A stretch of DNA of 64,000 bases from Candidatus Hydrogenedentota bacterium. GTDB lineage: Bacteria > Hydrogenedentota > Hydrogenedentia > Hydrogenedentales > SLHB01. A model generated the notes under the pieces. That model saw nothing but the letters and a program-made list of their open reading frames with translations, searched no databases and was not told the origin of the DNA. The position numbers and the translations under genes are program-made. The DNA is taken from assembly GCA_963674865.2 (NCBI GenBank), contig CAXXYE010000004.1, forward strand, positions 512,001 through 576,000, given 5' to 3'. Within the stretch, counting starts at the first letter, position 1, and every line of letters begins with the position of its first letter. This document shows, one piece after another, positions 1 through 9,024 of the stretch.

Positions 1-1190
1 CCCGCCAGTCCCACCTCGCCAAAGGCAACAAGGCCCGCGTCCACCGGGCGGTCGAGAAGACTGGACGCCAAAGCAAGCGCCGCGGCCAGATCCGTCGCCG
101 GCTCATTGAGCTTCACGCCCCCGGCGACGTTGACAAACACGTCTTTGTCCGCGAAATGCATCCCGGCGCGCTTTTCGAGTACCGCGAGTAGCAAGGAGAT
201 CCGATTCGGATTGACGCCTGTAACCGTGCGGCGCGGCGAAGCGAGCGGCGTCTCGTGAACGAGGGCCTGGACCTCAACCAAGAGGGGGCGTCTGCCCTCG
301 ACACTCGGAATCACCACCGACCCGCTGACATCGCGGGGCCGCTCCCCAAGAAACAGGGCGCTTGGATTGGCCACTTCGAGAAGCCCGCCATCCGTCATCT
401 CAAATACGCCGATTTCATTTGTCGAGCCGAAGCGGTTCTTGACCGCGCGCAGTATCCGCAACGCCTGCCGCCCCTCGCCCTCAAAATACAGAACCGTGTC
501 GACCACGTGCTCCAGCAGACGGGGGCCGGCGATTGCGCCATCTTTCGTCACGTGGCCCACAAGAAATATGGGCACGTCCGTTTCCTTGGCGAGCCGGAGA
601 AAGGTATTCGCGCACTCGCGAACCTGGCCGACGGATCCCGGTGCGGCCGTCAGTTCGGAGGAGTAAACGGATTGGATCGAATCGACCACCGCAAAGCGAT
701 ACTCCCCGGCCGCCAGCCGTGCCTGGATCGCGCCTACTTCGGTTTCCGTGAGGAGGAATAGCCTGTCGCTGAGGGCGCCGAGCCGTTTGGCGCGAAGTCG
801 GCTCTGATCGAAGGACTCCTCGCCGGAAACGTAGAGCACATTGCCCACGGACTCGGCCAGACGATGGCCAACCTGGAGCATAAGCGTCGACTTCCCGATG
901 CCCGGATCTCCCCCAATAAGCGTCAAAGAGCCCGGCACGACGCCCCCGCCGAGAACGCGGTCGCATTCTACGATATCGGTACTCAGCCGCGCCGACTCTT
1001 CCCGGCCCGCATCGGTAATCGGCATAGGTTCGGCCCCATCGCGGAAGGAAGGCCGGACATGCTCGCCCCCATCCGACGTCCGCTCCTCGACGATGGTGTT
1101 CCATTCGCCGCAATCCGTGCAGCGCCCGGCCCAACGCACGGCTATCGCGCCGCAGCTCTGGCACACGTATAGTGTCTTGGCCTTGGACAT
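1..1190 (-). CDS. radA: DNA repair protein RadA/Sms (3' end runs off the window)
   Basis: Manual translation from ATG at 1190: MSKAKTLYVCQSCG...RCTDCGEWNT zinc ribbon, GDPGIGKST Walker A, KNRFG motif. Absent from the ORF track because there is no stop in the window. Confidence 0.95.
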   Translation of the reverse strand, partial: MSKAKTLYVCQSCGAIAVRWAGRCTDCGEWNTIVEERTSDGGEHVRPSFRDGAEPMPITDAGREESARLSTDIVECDRVLGGGVVPGSLTLIGGDPGIGKSTLMLQVGHRLAESVGNVLYVSGEESFDQSRLRAKRLGALSDRLFLLTETEVGAIQARLAAGEYRFAVVDSIQSVYSSELTAAPGSVGQVRECANTFLRLAKETDVPIFLVGHVTKDGAIAGPRLLEHVVDTVLYFEGEGRQALRILRAVKNRFGSTNEIGVFEMTDGGLLEVANPSALFLGERPRDVSGSVVIPSVEGRRPLLVEVQALVHETPLASPRRTVTGVNPNRISLLLAVLEKRAGMHFADKDVFVNVAGGVKLNEPATDLAAALALASSLLDRPVDAGLVAFGEVGLA

Positions 1191-1369
1191 AAGCGGAGAT
1201 CGCCTCCCGGTACTCCCTTGACCAAGTATAGCAAAATGATGCCGTCGATACATCGTGCCATCCGCCCGGTGAGTAGCCGCCGTCGCCCCAATTATGTTAT
1301 GAATAACGCCATAGATCGTGAGCGGAGGCGGCCCCTTGGGCCGCGCGGAAGGACATAGGAAAGGTTCAC

Positions 1370-2626
1370 ATGGAACGGCTTCGCTTCTTGTCGGAAGACC
1401 AGGTTCGCAGAATCCAGCGGGAATTCGGCACACCCGTCTACGTGTATGACGAGCAAAGCCTGCTGGCACAGGCACGTGAAGCTTTGAGTATGCCGAATGC
1501 CTACGGCCTCAGAGTGCGCTACGCCATGAAGGCCCTTTCCACGGCGGCCATCCTGCGTATCCTTACCGGGGCGGGCCTGGACATCGATGCGAGCAGCGGC
1601 TTCGAGGTCGCACGCGCCCTGCGCGCGGGCATCTCTCCTGAACGCATCCAGGTTACCGCCCAAGAGCCGCCCAAGGAACTCAAGGAACTCGTCGAAAAAG
1701 GCGTGAAGTTCAACGCGTGTTCCTTACATCAATTGCGCCTCTTTGGGCAAATTGCGCCTGGGAGGGAAGTGAGCATTCGCGTCAATCCGGGCCTTGGTAG
1801 CGGCCACAGCAATCGCACTAACACGGGGGGGCCATCGGCAAGCTTCGGAATCTGGCATCAGTATCTCGACGAGGCGCTGGCCATCCAGCGCGATTACGGC
1901 TTACGCATCACGCGGATGCACACTCACGTAGGTTCAGGGACGGATCCCGACGTCTGGAACCGCTGCGCCCGGATGTCGCTTGACGTGGCCGCACGGCTGC
2001 CCGAGGTCGACACCCTCAACCTCGGCGGCGGCTTCAAAGTCGGCCGTATGGCCGACGAGCAGTCCACCGATCTGCACACTGTGGGGGAGTGCATCAAACG
2101 CGATTTCGAGGACTTTGCCGAGAAGCATGGCCGTAAACTCAAACTCGAGGTCGAGCCCGGCACCTACCTCGTGGCCAACGCGGGGGCCTTGCTATGTTCC
2201 GTCACCGACGTGGTCGACACAGGCGCGGACGGCTACCGCTTCATCAAGACGGACAGCGGTATGACCGATTTGGTGCGGCCGAGCATGTACGGCGCGCAGC
2301 ATCCCATCGTCGTCGTGCCCGCACAGGACGAGCCACGCGGAACGGGGAAGTACCTGGTGGTGGGACACTGCTGCGAGAGCGGGGACGTCCTCACGCCTGA
2401 GCCGGGCAATCCCGAAGGGCTGGCCCCACGCTTGTTAACGGAGGCGCGGATTGGCGATGCGCTTGTTGTCGGGGGCGCCGGCGCCTACTCGGCGAGCATG
2501 GCAAGCAAAAACTACAACTCCTTTCCCGAAGCCCCGGAGGTCCTTCTCCACGCCGAGGGCACGACCCGCCTCATCCGTCAGCGGCAAACACTCGAGCAGA
2601 TGCTCGCCAACGAAATCATAGACTGA
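1370..2626 (+). CDS. lysA: Diaminopimelate decarboxylase
   Basis: FGTPVYVYDE, YAMKA (PLP lysine), HTHVGS, NLGGGF, EPGTYLV, HCCESGD, GAY motifs. Confidence 0.9.
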   Translation: MERLRFLSEDQVRRIQREFGTPVYVYDEQSLLAQAREALSMPNAYGLRVRYAMKALSTAAILRILTGAGLDIDASSGFEVARALRAGISPERIQVTAQEPPKELKELVEKGVKFNACSLHQLRLFGQIAPGREVSIRVNPGLGSGHSNRTNTGGPSASFGIWHQYLDEALAIQRDYGLRITRMHTHVGSGTDPDVWNRCARMSLDVAARLPEVDTLNLGGGFKVGRMADEQSTDLHTVGECIKRDFEDFAEKHGRKLKLEVEPGTYLVANAGALLCSVTDVVDTGADGYRFIKTDSGMTDLVRPSMYGAQHPIVVVPAQDEPRGTGKYLVVGHCCESGDVLTPEPGNPEGLAPRLLTEARIGDALVVGGAGAYSASMASKNYNSFPEAPEVLLHAEGTTRLIRQRQTLEQMLANEIID

Positions 2627-2727
2627 AGCAGATCGAATAAAGGCGTAGGACAAGAAATCCACCGAGCGACCTACGGGCGGCACGGAAGGACGTCGGCACC
2701 GCTGTACCGCTGCTTGCGCTCTGCTTA

Positions 2728-2828
2728 CCTCCGCGATCTCAGCTTCTCTGCGTTGACAACTCTCCAACGCGGAGCCGGCAGAGCAACCGGGCCAGGCCTT
2801 CGTTCTCGTTCTTGGCGGCTTTGCGTGA
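2728..2828. repeat. Cluster of short-period repeat half-sites (CTCCGCG/CTCTGCG type and CTTGGCG/CTTTGCG type)
   Basis: 2807-2828 CGTTCTTGGCGGCTTTGCGTGA is identical to 51203-51224; 2728-2754 resembles 50935-50961. Confidence 0.8.
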
Positions 2829-2844
2829 TATGAAACACGTGTGC

Positions 2845-3873
2845 CTATCGGCGAATCCGCAAGCCTCCGCCTTTGAGCAACGCTTCAACCTCGTCCTTCG
2901 TGCTGTAATTGAAGTCCCCGGGGATGGAGTGGGCGAGGGCGCTGAAGGCATTGCCGAATTGCAGGCCGTATTCCACTCCCTCCATCAGAAAGCCGTAGAT
3001 GAACCCGCCGCTGAAGGAATCGCCGCCGCCCACGCGATCAACGATTTCGACGTCGAACCGCGGCCCTTCGACAATCTTCCCGTCGTGGTAAGCGATCGCG
3101 CCCCACGTGTTCTTCCAGACGCTGATGTTTTCGCGCAAAGTGATGGCCACCGCCTCAAACGAGAACTTCTCAGCCAGTCTCTGCGCCACGATGGCATACG
3201 TCTCACTCGACACATCCTTGAAGGACTCATCGTCCACGGAAACATCCCCAGCAATGCCGAAGACTTTCTTCGTGTCCTCTTCCGTCGAGATGAGCACGTC
3301 CACATACTCCATCATCGGCGTCTGAACGGCCTGCGCCTTCTCCGCCGTCCAGAGCTTGCTGCGATAGTTGAGATCATACGACACCTTGCAGCCTGCCTTC
3401 TTGGCCGCCTTCAAAGCGTCGAGCGTGACGGCCGCGGCCGAATCGCTCAGGGCGGGCGTGATGCCGGAGCAATGGAATAGCCGCACTCCGTCGAAGACCG
3501 CGTCCCAATCCACCATCCCCGGCTCGATCTTGCTGATCGCCGAATGGGCACGGTCATACATGACGGAGCTCGGCCTCGGCGACGCACCGAACTCGATGAA
3601 ATAGAGGCCGACGCGATCCTCGGGCGTCCAGACGATGAAGTCGGTATCGACGCCATGCTTCCGCGCCTCATTGCGAACCATCCGCCCCAGGGAATTATCC
3701 GTCAGCCGCGAAACCCACCGCGTCCTGAGCCCAAGCCGGCTGACGGCCACGGCTACGTTGAGTTCCGCCCCCCCGATGCGCGCGTCGAAGCTCGGCGTCT
3801 GCTCTAGTCTCATGAAGTCCGGCGGCGAAAACCTCACCATCGTCTCGCCGAAAGTGACGACATCCGCGCTCAT
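2845..3873 (-). CDS. kdgK: PfkB-family sugar kinase (2-keto-3-deoxygluconate kinase-like)
   Basis: VVTFGETM, GGAELNVA, YDLNYR, DRVGGGDSF motifs. Confidence 0.85.
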   Translation of the reverse strand: MSADVVTFGETMVRFSPPDFMRLEQTPSFDARIGGAELNVAVAVSRLGLRTRWVSRLTDNSLGRMVRNEARKHGVDTDFIVWTPEDRVGLYFIEFGASPRPSSVMYDRAHSAISKIEPGMVDWDAVFDGVRLFHCSGITPALSDSAAAVTLDALKAAKKAGCKVSYDLNYRSKLWTAEKAQAVQTPMMEYVDVLISTEEDTKKVFGIAGDVSVDDESFKDVSSETYAIVAQRLAEKFSFEAVAITLRENISVWKNTWGAIAYHDGKIVEGPRFDVEIVDRVGGGDSFSGGFIYGFLMEGVEYGLQFGNAFSALAHSIPGDFNYSTKDEVEALLKGGGLRIRR

Positions 3874-3995
3874 ATCTTTGCCCTCCGCTTGCGGTTCGAT
3901 TACCATGGAGCATTCTTGAAATAGGTTGAGCAGCTATTGTGCCATGGCGCTCACAGGAGTTCCAAGACGCACGGCCAGGTTCTGGAGGCAAAGCG

Positions 3996-4793
3996 ATGAG
4001 CAGTGAAGCGAAGCAGGTGGCGCTGGTAACCGGCGCGGGGCAAGGCATTGGGCGTGGGATCGCCCTCCGACTCGCACAGGAGGGATTCCACGTTATCATC
4101 AACGATGTCGTGGCCGATGAATCGGACACGTCCGGCGGCGCCTACGAGGTGAAGGCGGTTATCGTCGGCAGCGGCGGGACAGCGGATGTATTTCGCGCGG
4201 ATATCGCCTCCGGAGATGACCGCCAGGCCATGATGGCGTTCATCACGGAACGGTTCGGGCGGCTTGACCTACTGGTGAATAACGCCGGCGTCGCCCCGAA
4301 GGAGCGGAAAGACATTCTCGAAGCCTCGGAAGAAAGCTTCGACAGGCTCATGTCCATTAACCTGCGCGGGCCGTACTTCCTGACGCAGCTTGTGGCCAAC
4401 CGCATGATCGCCTGGAAAGAGGCGGGGATCGTCGAGACGCCGCGCATCGCGTTCATTACCTCCATTTCCGCCTACACCTCTTCGACGGCCCGCGGGGAGT
4501 ACTGCGTGTCCAAAGCGGGCCTCAGTATGGCGGCCCAACTTTACGCCGACCGCCTCGGCGAGTACGGCATCCCGGTGCTCGAGATCAGCCCGGGCGTCAT
4601 CGAGACGCCCATGACGAGCGTCGTGAAGGAGAAATATGACAAGCTCATCGCCGAGGGGCTGCTGGTAACGAAACGCTGGGGCCAGCCGGACGACATCGCC
4701 GGCGTCGTCGCCGCCTTCGCGCAAGGATTCCTCGATTATTCCACCGGCCAGCGCATCGAAGTGGGCGGCGGCTTTGGCCTCAGGCGATTGTGA
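3996..4793 (+). CDS. Short-chain dehydrogenase/reductase (3-ketoacyl-ACP reductase-like)
   Basis: TGAGQGIG, NNAG and YCVSK (YxxxK) motifs. Confidence 0.9.
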   Translation: MSSEAKQVALVTGAGQGIGRGIALRLAQEGFHVIINDVVADESDTSGGAYEVKAVIVGSGGTADVFRADIASGDDRQAMMAFITERFGRLDLLVNNAGVAPKERKDILEASEESFDRLMSINLRGPYFLTQLVANRMIAWKEAGIVETPRIAFITSISAYTSSTARGEYCVSKAGLSMAAQLYADRLGEYGIPVLEISPGVIETPMTSVVKEKYDKLIAEGLLVTKRWGQPDDIAGVVAAFAQGFLDYSTGQRIEVGGGFGLRRL

Positions 4794-4848
4794 GACGGCA
4801 CTGCGAATCGAGGGAAAAGGCATGAAACCTAAGGGGAGAACCGCTCAG

Positions 4849-5346
4849 ATGCTTATCCCTACGCTCATTATGGCGGTGTTGGCCCTAATCCTTCTCGGCA
4901 TCGGATACCACCGCGGCCACGGGCAGCATATCGCAGGCATGAAGAGCGCCCTGACGATGACCGTCGAGGTCTTGCCGCTGCTGCTGTTCGCCTTCGTCGT
5001 CGCGGGGATGGTACAGGCCTTGGTTCCTAACGAAACCGTCGCGAAATGGGTGGGGGAGAAGGCGGGATTCAAAGGACTTTTCATCGGCACCGTCGCCGGC
5101 GGCTTCTGCCCGGGCGGGCCCTACGTGAGCCTGCCCATTGTCGCCGGATTGCTGCGCTCCGGCGCCGGCGTCGGCGTCGTCGTGGCGTTCCTGACGAGTT
5201 GGTCCCTGTGGGCCGTGGCACGCCTGCCCATGGAGGTCGGCACCGTAGGCTGGCGCGTGACGACTATCCGCGTCGCCAGCGTGTTCTTCTTCCCACCTAT
5301 CGCCGGCCTCATCGCCCACGGCCTTGCAAGAATCTGGCGCGCGTGA
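4849..5346 (+). CDS. Predicted permease (DUF318/ArsP-like small membrane protein)
   Basis: Several hydrophobic segments, PGGPYVSLP motif, RBS AAGGGGAG upstream. Confidence 0.7.
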   Translation: MLIPTLIMAVLALILLGIGYHRGHGQHIAGMKSALTMTVEVLPLLLFAFVVAGMVQALVPNETVAKWVGEKAGFKGLFIGTVAGGFCPGGPYVSLPIVAGLLRSGAGVGVVVAFLTSWSLWAVARLPMEVGTVGWRVTTIRVASVFFFPPIAGLIAHGLARIWRA

Positions 5347-5381
5347 GAATGGCCAGGGCCTCCCGGCGCACGAGGAAAGAG

Positions 5382-6587
5382 ATGAAACGTATACACCCAC
5401 TAACCAGCGCCATTCTGTTAGCCTGCTCTATAACGACGGCAGTGGCCGAAAATTGGCACATTCACAGTATCGACAATCAAGAGCGGGGCGCCGATGGAGT
5501 CCGGTTTGATGATGTCAACCACGACGGCCTACTCGATATAGCCGTGGGATGGGAGGAGGCGGGGGAGACTCGTGTCTATATTCATCCCGGGCCTGACAAG
5601 GTCAAAGAGCCCTGGCCGAAGGTGACCGTGGGGAAAAGTGGACGCGTGGAGGACGCGGTCTTCTGCGACCTCGATGCGGATGGCGCTGTGGATGTGGTGA
5701 GCTCCTCTGAAAGCAAAGCCATCTTCATCCACTGGGCGCCGAAAGATCCAGGAGCATACTTGGATGCCGACTCTTGGGAGACGGAAGTCCTCCCATCTTC
5801 AGAGGGGGTGCACAACTGGATGATTTCTCTCCCGCTCCAGATCGACGGCAAGCACGGCCTTGACCTCCTTGCCGCGGGCAAGGGCGAGCGACTCGTGTGG
5901 TTTGAAGCGCCCTCCAATTCACGCGATGTGGACCAGTGGCGCATGCACGTGATCACAGACAAGGGGGGATGGACCATGGGCTTGGCCGCCGTGGATATGG
6001 ACCGCGACGGCGACAAGGATGCGCTCGTCGGCATCCGCGACCAACATCCGGGAGTGAAGTGGCTGGAGAATCCCGGCCCTGGCCCGGAGCAGACAAAGCC
6101 TTGGCGCCCCCGCGAAATCGGAGTTCAGGGAATCGCTGCGGGATTCGTCGAGGCGGCCGACCTCGACCAGGACGGCTTTCTCGACGTGGTCGCGCCCCTC
6201 ATGGGGGCGAAAAAGGTACTGATTCTTCGCGGCCTAGATAAACAAGCCACCGAATGGGAAACCATCGAGATTCCCATGCCCAAGGAGCGCAACAAAGGCG
6301 TTGCCGTCGGCGATATCGACCTCGACGGCCAAACGGATGTAGTTATTACGCACGAGTTCGGCGATGCTGTCTGGCTATCGTGCGATGGGAGCATAAGCGA
6401 GGGCCACTGGACCTACCACATGATCGCGAGTGGCGGAAAGCTGGATGATGTCGCGTTGCAGGATGTCGACCTCGACGGCGACCTGGACGTCTTCACGACG
6501 GACGAGAGAGGACTCCAGGTCGTGTGGTACGAGAATCCTGCGCGCCACAAGGCCGAGCATCAGCAAGAGCTGAAACCGAGGCGATAG
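5382..6587 (+). CDS. Secreted FG-GAP/VCBS repeat beta-propeller protein
   Basis: Signal peptide; repeated DxDxDGxxD motifs (DVNHDGLLD, DLDADGAVD, DMDRDGDKD, DLDQDGFLD, DIDLDGQTD, DVDLDGDLD). Confidence 0.85.
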   Translation: MKRIHPLTSAILLACSITTAVAENWHIHSIDNQERGADGVRFDDVNHDGLLDIAVGWEEAGETRVYIHPGPDKVKEPWPKVTVGKSGRVEDAVFCDLDADGAVDVVSSSESKAIFIHWAPKDPGAYLDADSWETEVLPSSEGVHNWMISLPLQIDGKHGLDLLAAGKGERLVWFEAPSNSRDVDQWRMHVITDKGGWTMGLAAVDMDRDGDKDALVGIRDQHPGVKWLENPGPGPEQTKPWRPREIGVQGIAAGFVEAADLDQDGFLDVVAPLMGAKKVLILRGLDKQATEWETIEIPMPKERNKGVAVGDIDLDGQTDVVITHEFGDAVWLSCDGSISEGHWTYHMIASGGKLDDVALQDVDLDGDLDVFTTDERGLQVVWYENPARHKAEHQQELKPRR

Positions 6588-6716
6588 GCCGAGCGCCCTA
6601 GTGCGCCAGCGGCTGACGCGTCCGCACAAATGCAATCACTTGGCAGACACTCGACACGCGTAGTACACTTATCCAAAGAGTGCAATAGACGATAATCACG
6701 TCAGGTAAACCAACGC

Positions 6717-7493
6717 GTGCAAGAACCGATGTCAAGCAGCGAGTCACATCTGTTTGTTGTCCAGCGGAAGGATGGCCCTGCGCGGATAGCCTTCAGCGAT
6801 GACCTCTTAGCCCGTCTCCCTGCGTATCACGTCCGATTGCTCAAGCGAATCGCCGCCGCGGCCCCTTCTCCCTGGCCGCCGAGCGTCCTATTCGTGAGCG
6901 AAGGCGAGTACCGCACGGCTTCCGAGGAAACATGCATTGTAGCGCTACCGAACTCGTTTCTGGACAGAGTCGGGCAATGGGAGAAGAGGCCGGCTGCGCT
7001 TCGTCATATGCTGCACATTCTATGGCCCGTAGGGGACTTGGCGAAGTTGGAGGAGGCGATTCAACACTCCCTGTCTGCAAACGCCAGTAGTGAAGACACC
7101 TGTCGCCTGGATGGAGATCGGTGCGCTTGCGGCAAGGACTCGGTCTTTGGCCTAAGATTCTGGTTCCGGCTCTGTCCTTTTCACTCCATCGCGTACGTCT
7201 TGCTCATCGCTCTATGTGGACTCCCGATACTGGCAATAGTACTGACTCACGCATATCTCAAGCTTCGCCTCAGGATTCTCCTTCACCCTTCGGATAGGGA
7301 CGCCCTCTTCAGGCTCGCGGAAGTCCGCTACGCCTTCGGCAAAGGCAGGGCCTTCAATCGCACGAAGCGACGCTTGCTGACGCTCGACCTCACCCCTAAG
7401 CAAAGCAAACAACTCAACAGGATGGTACTGCCTGAAAACCTGACGACCTTCAAGGTGCTCCTGAGCATCATACGGAGGAAGACCGGAAGCTAG
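6717..7493 (+). CDS. Hypothetical protein with one transmembrane segment
   Basis: 258-aa ORF filling the gap between flanking genes; hydrophobic stretch IAYVLLIALCGLPILAIVL. Confidence 0.5.
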   Translation: MQEPMSSSESHLFVVQRKDGPARIAFSDDLLARLPAYHVRLLKRIAAAAPSPWPPSVLFVSEGEYRTASEETCIVALPNSFLDRVGQWEKRPAALRHMLHILWPVGDLAKLEEAIQHSLSANASSEDTCRLDGDRCACGKDSVFGLRFWFRLCPFHSIAYVLLIALCGLPILAIVLTHAYLKLRLRILLHPSDRDALFRLAEVRYAFGKGRAFNRTKRRLLTLDLTPKQSKQLNRMVLPENLTTFKVLLSIIRRKTGS

Positions 7494-7563
7494 GCATGGC
7501 CGGCTCATCCCGGCCGCGAGCAGCCCATATGCCGTGATAAGGCCGAGACAAGACGCCGCTTCT

Positions 7564-7593
7564 TTGACTTCCATACGCCACTACAGCTAGAAT
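7564..7593 (+). promoter_or_regulatory. Sigma70-type promoter upstream of glyQS
   Basis: TTGACT-N18-TAGAAT. Confidence 0.5.
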
Positions 7594-7607
7594 TCGCACA
7601 ATCACTT

Positions 7608-7650
7608 AAGCCCTTTTTGCCGGTGGCGGAAAGGGGTTCTTCTTTTTGTT
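7608..7650 (+). terminator. Terminator-like hairpin just upstream of glyQS
   Basis: AAGCCCTTTTTGCC-GGT-GGCGGAAAGGGGTT followed by CTTCTTTTTG. Confidence 0.5.
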
Positions 7651-7670
7651 GACATAGATGGGAGCCTATT

Positions 7671-8966
7671 GTGGAGCGTATCGTCAGTCTTTGTAAGCGG
7701 CGGGGATTCATCTATCAGTCCAGCGGTTTGTACGGCGGCATCAACGGCTGCTGGGACTTCGGCCCCCTCGGCGCGGAGCTCAAGCGAAACCTGAAGAATG
7801 ACTGGTGGTACGTATTCGTCCAGCAGCGCGACGATATGGTTGGCCTGGACGCCAGCATCATCATGCATCCGGGCGTGTGGGTGGCCAGCGGCCACGTCGA
7901 GCAGTTTCACGACATGCTGGTGGACTGCAAAGAGTGCAAACACCGCTTCCGCCAGGACGAACTCGAGGCCGAGCGCTGTCCGGACTGCGGCGGCGAGTTA
8001 ACCGAGCCGAAAGCCTTCAACAGCATGCTCCGCACGCGCCTCGGCGTGAGCGACGACTCCTCTGTCGAAACCTACCTTCGCCCCGAGACTTGCCAGGCCA
8101 TCTTCGTCGATTTCAAAGAAGTCTACTCGACCTCCCGCATGAAGGTGCCCTTCGGCATCGCCCAGATCGGCAAGGCGTTTCGGAACGAGATCAATCCGCG
8201 CAACTTCATCTTCCGCAGCCGCGAGTTCGAGCAGATGGAGATTGAGTTCTTCTGCAAAGAAGATCAGGAAGGCCAGTGGTTTGATCGCTGGCAAGCCGAT
8301 GTGTGGCAGTGGTATCTCGATATCGGCCTCAGCGAGGACAAGCTGCGCTGGTACGAGCATCCCAAGGAGTCTCTGGCCCACTACTCGAAACGCACCGCGG
8401 ACATCGAATACGAGTTCCCCTTCGGCTGGGGCGAACTCCAGGGACTCGCCAACCGCGGCAGCTTCGATCTCACGCAGCACACCAACGCCTCCGGCAAAGA
8501 CCTCTCCTTCTTCGACGAACAGACGAAAGAGAAGTTCATGCCGAGCGTCATCGAGCCGTCGGCGGGCGTCGACCGCACCTGCCTGGCCGTGCTCTGCAAC
8601 GCGTACGAGGAAGAGGACGTCGAGGGCGAGAAGCGCGTCGTGATGCGGCTTCATCCACGGCTCGCGCCGATCAAGGCCGGCGTGTTCCCGTTGGTGAAGA
8701 AGAACGGCCTCGCCGAAATCGCCATGGATCTCGAGAAAAAGCTCCGCAAGAAGTTCCCCACCTTCTACGATCAACGCGGGGCCATCGGACGCCGCTACCG
8801 CCGCATGGACGAAATCGGCACACCCTTCTGCATCTGCGTGGACTTCCAAACCAAGGACGACGGCACCGTCACCATCCGCGATCGCGATACCATGGAGCAG
8901 ATCCGCATTGCGATGGACGAGGTTTCGCCCTACATTGCCCAACGCTGCTCAAACGAACGGGAATAG
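7671..8966 (+). CDS. glyQS: Glycine--tRNA ligase (homodimeric type)
   Basis: SLCKRRGF, DFGPLG, YLRPETCQ, GKAFRNEI, FRSREFEQME, IEPSAGVDR, IGRRYRRMDEIG. Confidence 0.95.
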   Translation: MERIVSLCKRRGFIYQSSGLYGGINGCWDFGPLGAELKRNLKNDWWYVFVQQRDDMVGLDASIIMHPGVWVASGHVEQFHDMLVDCKECKHRFRQDELEAERCPDCGGELTEPKAFNSMLRTRLGVSDDSSVETYLRPETCQAIFVDFKEVYSTSRMKVPFGIAQIGKAFRNEINPRNFIFRSREFEQMEIEFFCKEDQEGQWFDRWQADVWQWYLDIGLSEDKLRWYEHPKESLAHYSKRTADIEYEFPFGWGELQGLANRGSFDLTQHTNASGKDLSFFDEQTKEKFMPSVIEPSAGVDRTCLAVLCNAYEEEDVEGEKRVVMRLHPRLAPIKAGVFPLVKKNGLAEIAMDLEKKLRKKFPTFYDQRGAIGRRYRRMDEIGTPFCICVDFQTKDDGTVTIRDRDTMEQIRIAMDEVSPYIAQRCSNERE

Positions 8967-9024
8967 GCAGCAGTCACTTGGCCGTACGCGCGGGACGTCT
9001 CCCGCCATCGTCGTCACAGATGCC

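Noticed and set aside
7500..7670. T-box riboswitch upstream of glyQS
   Set aside because: The leader is too short and lacks the T-box consensus and stem I.
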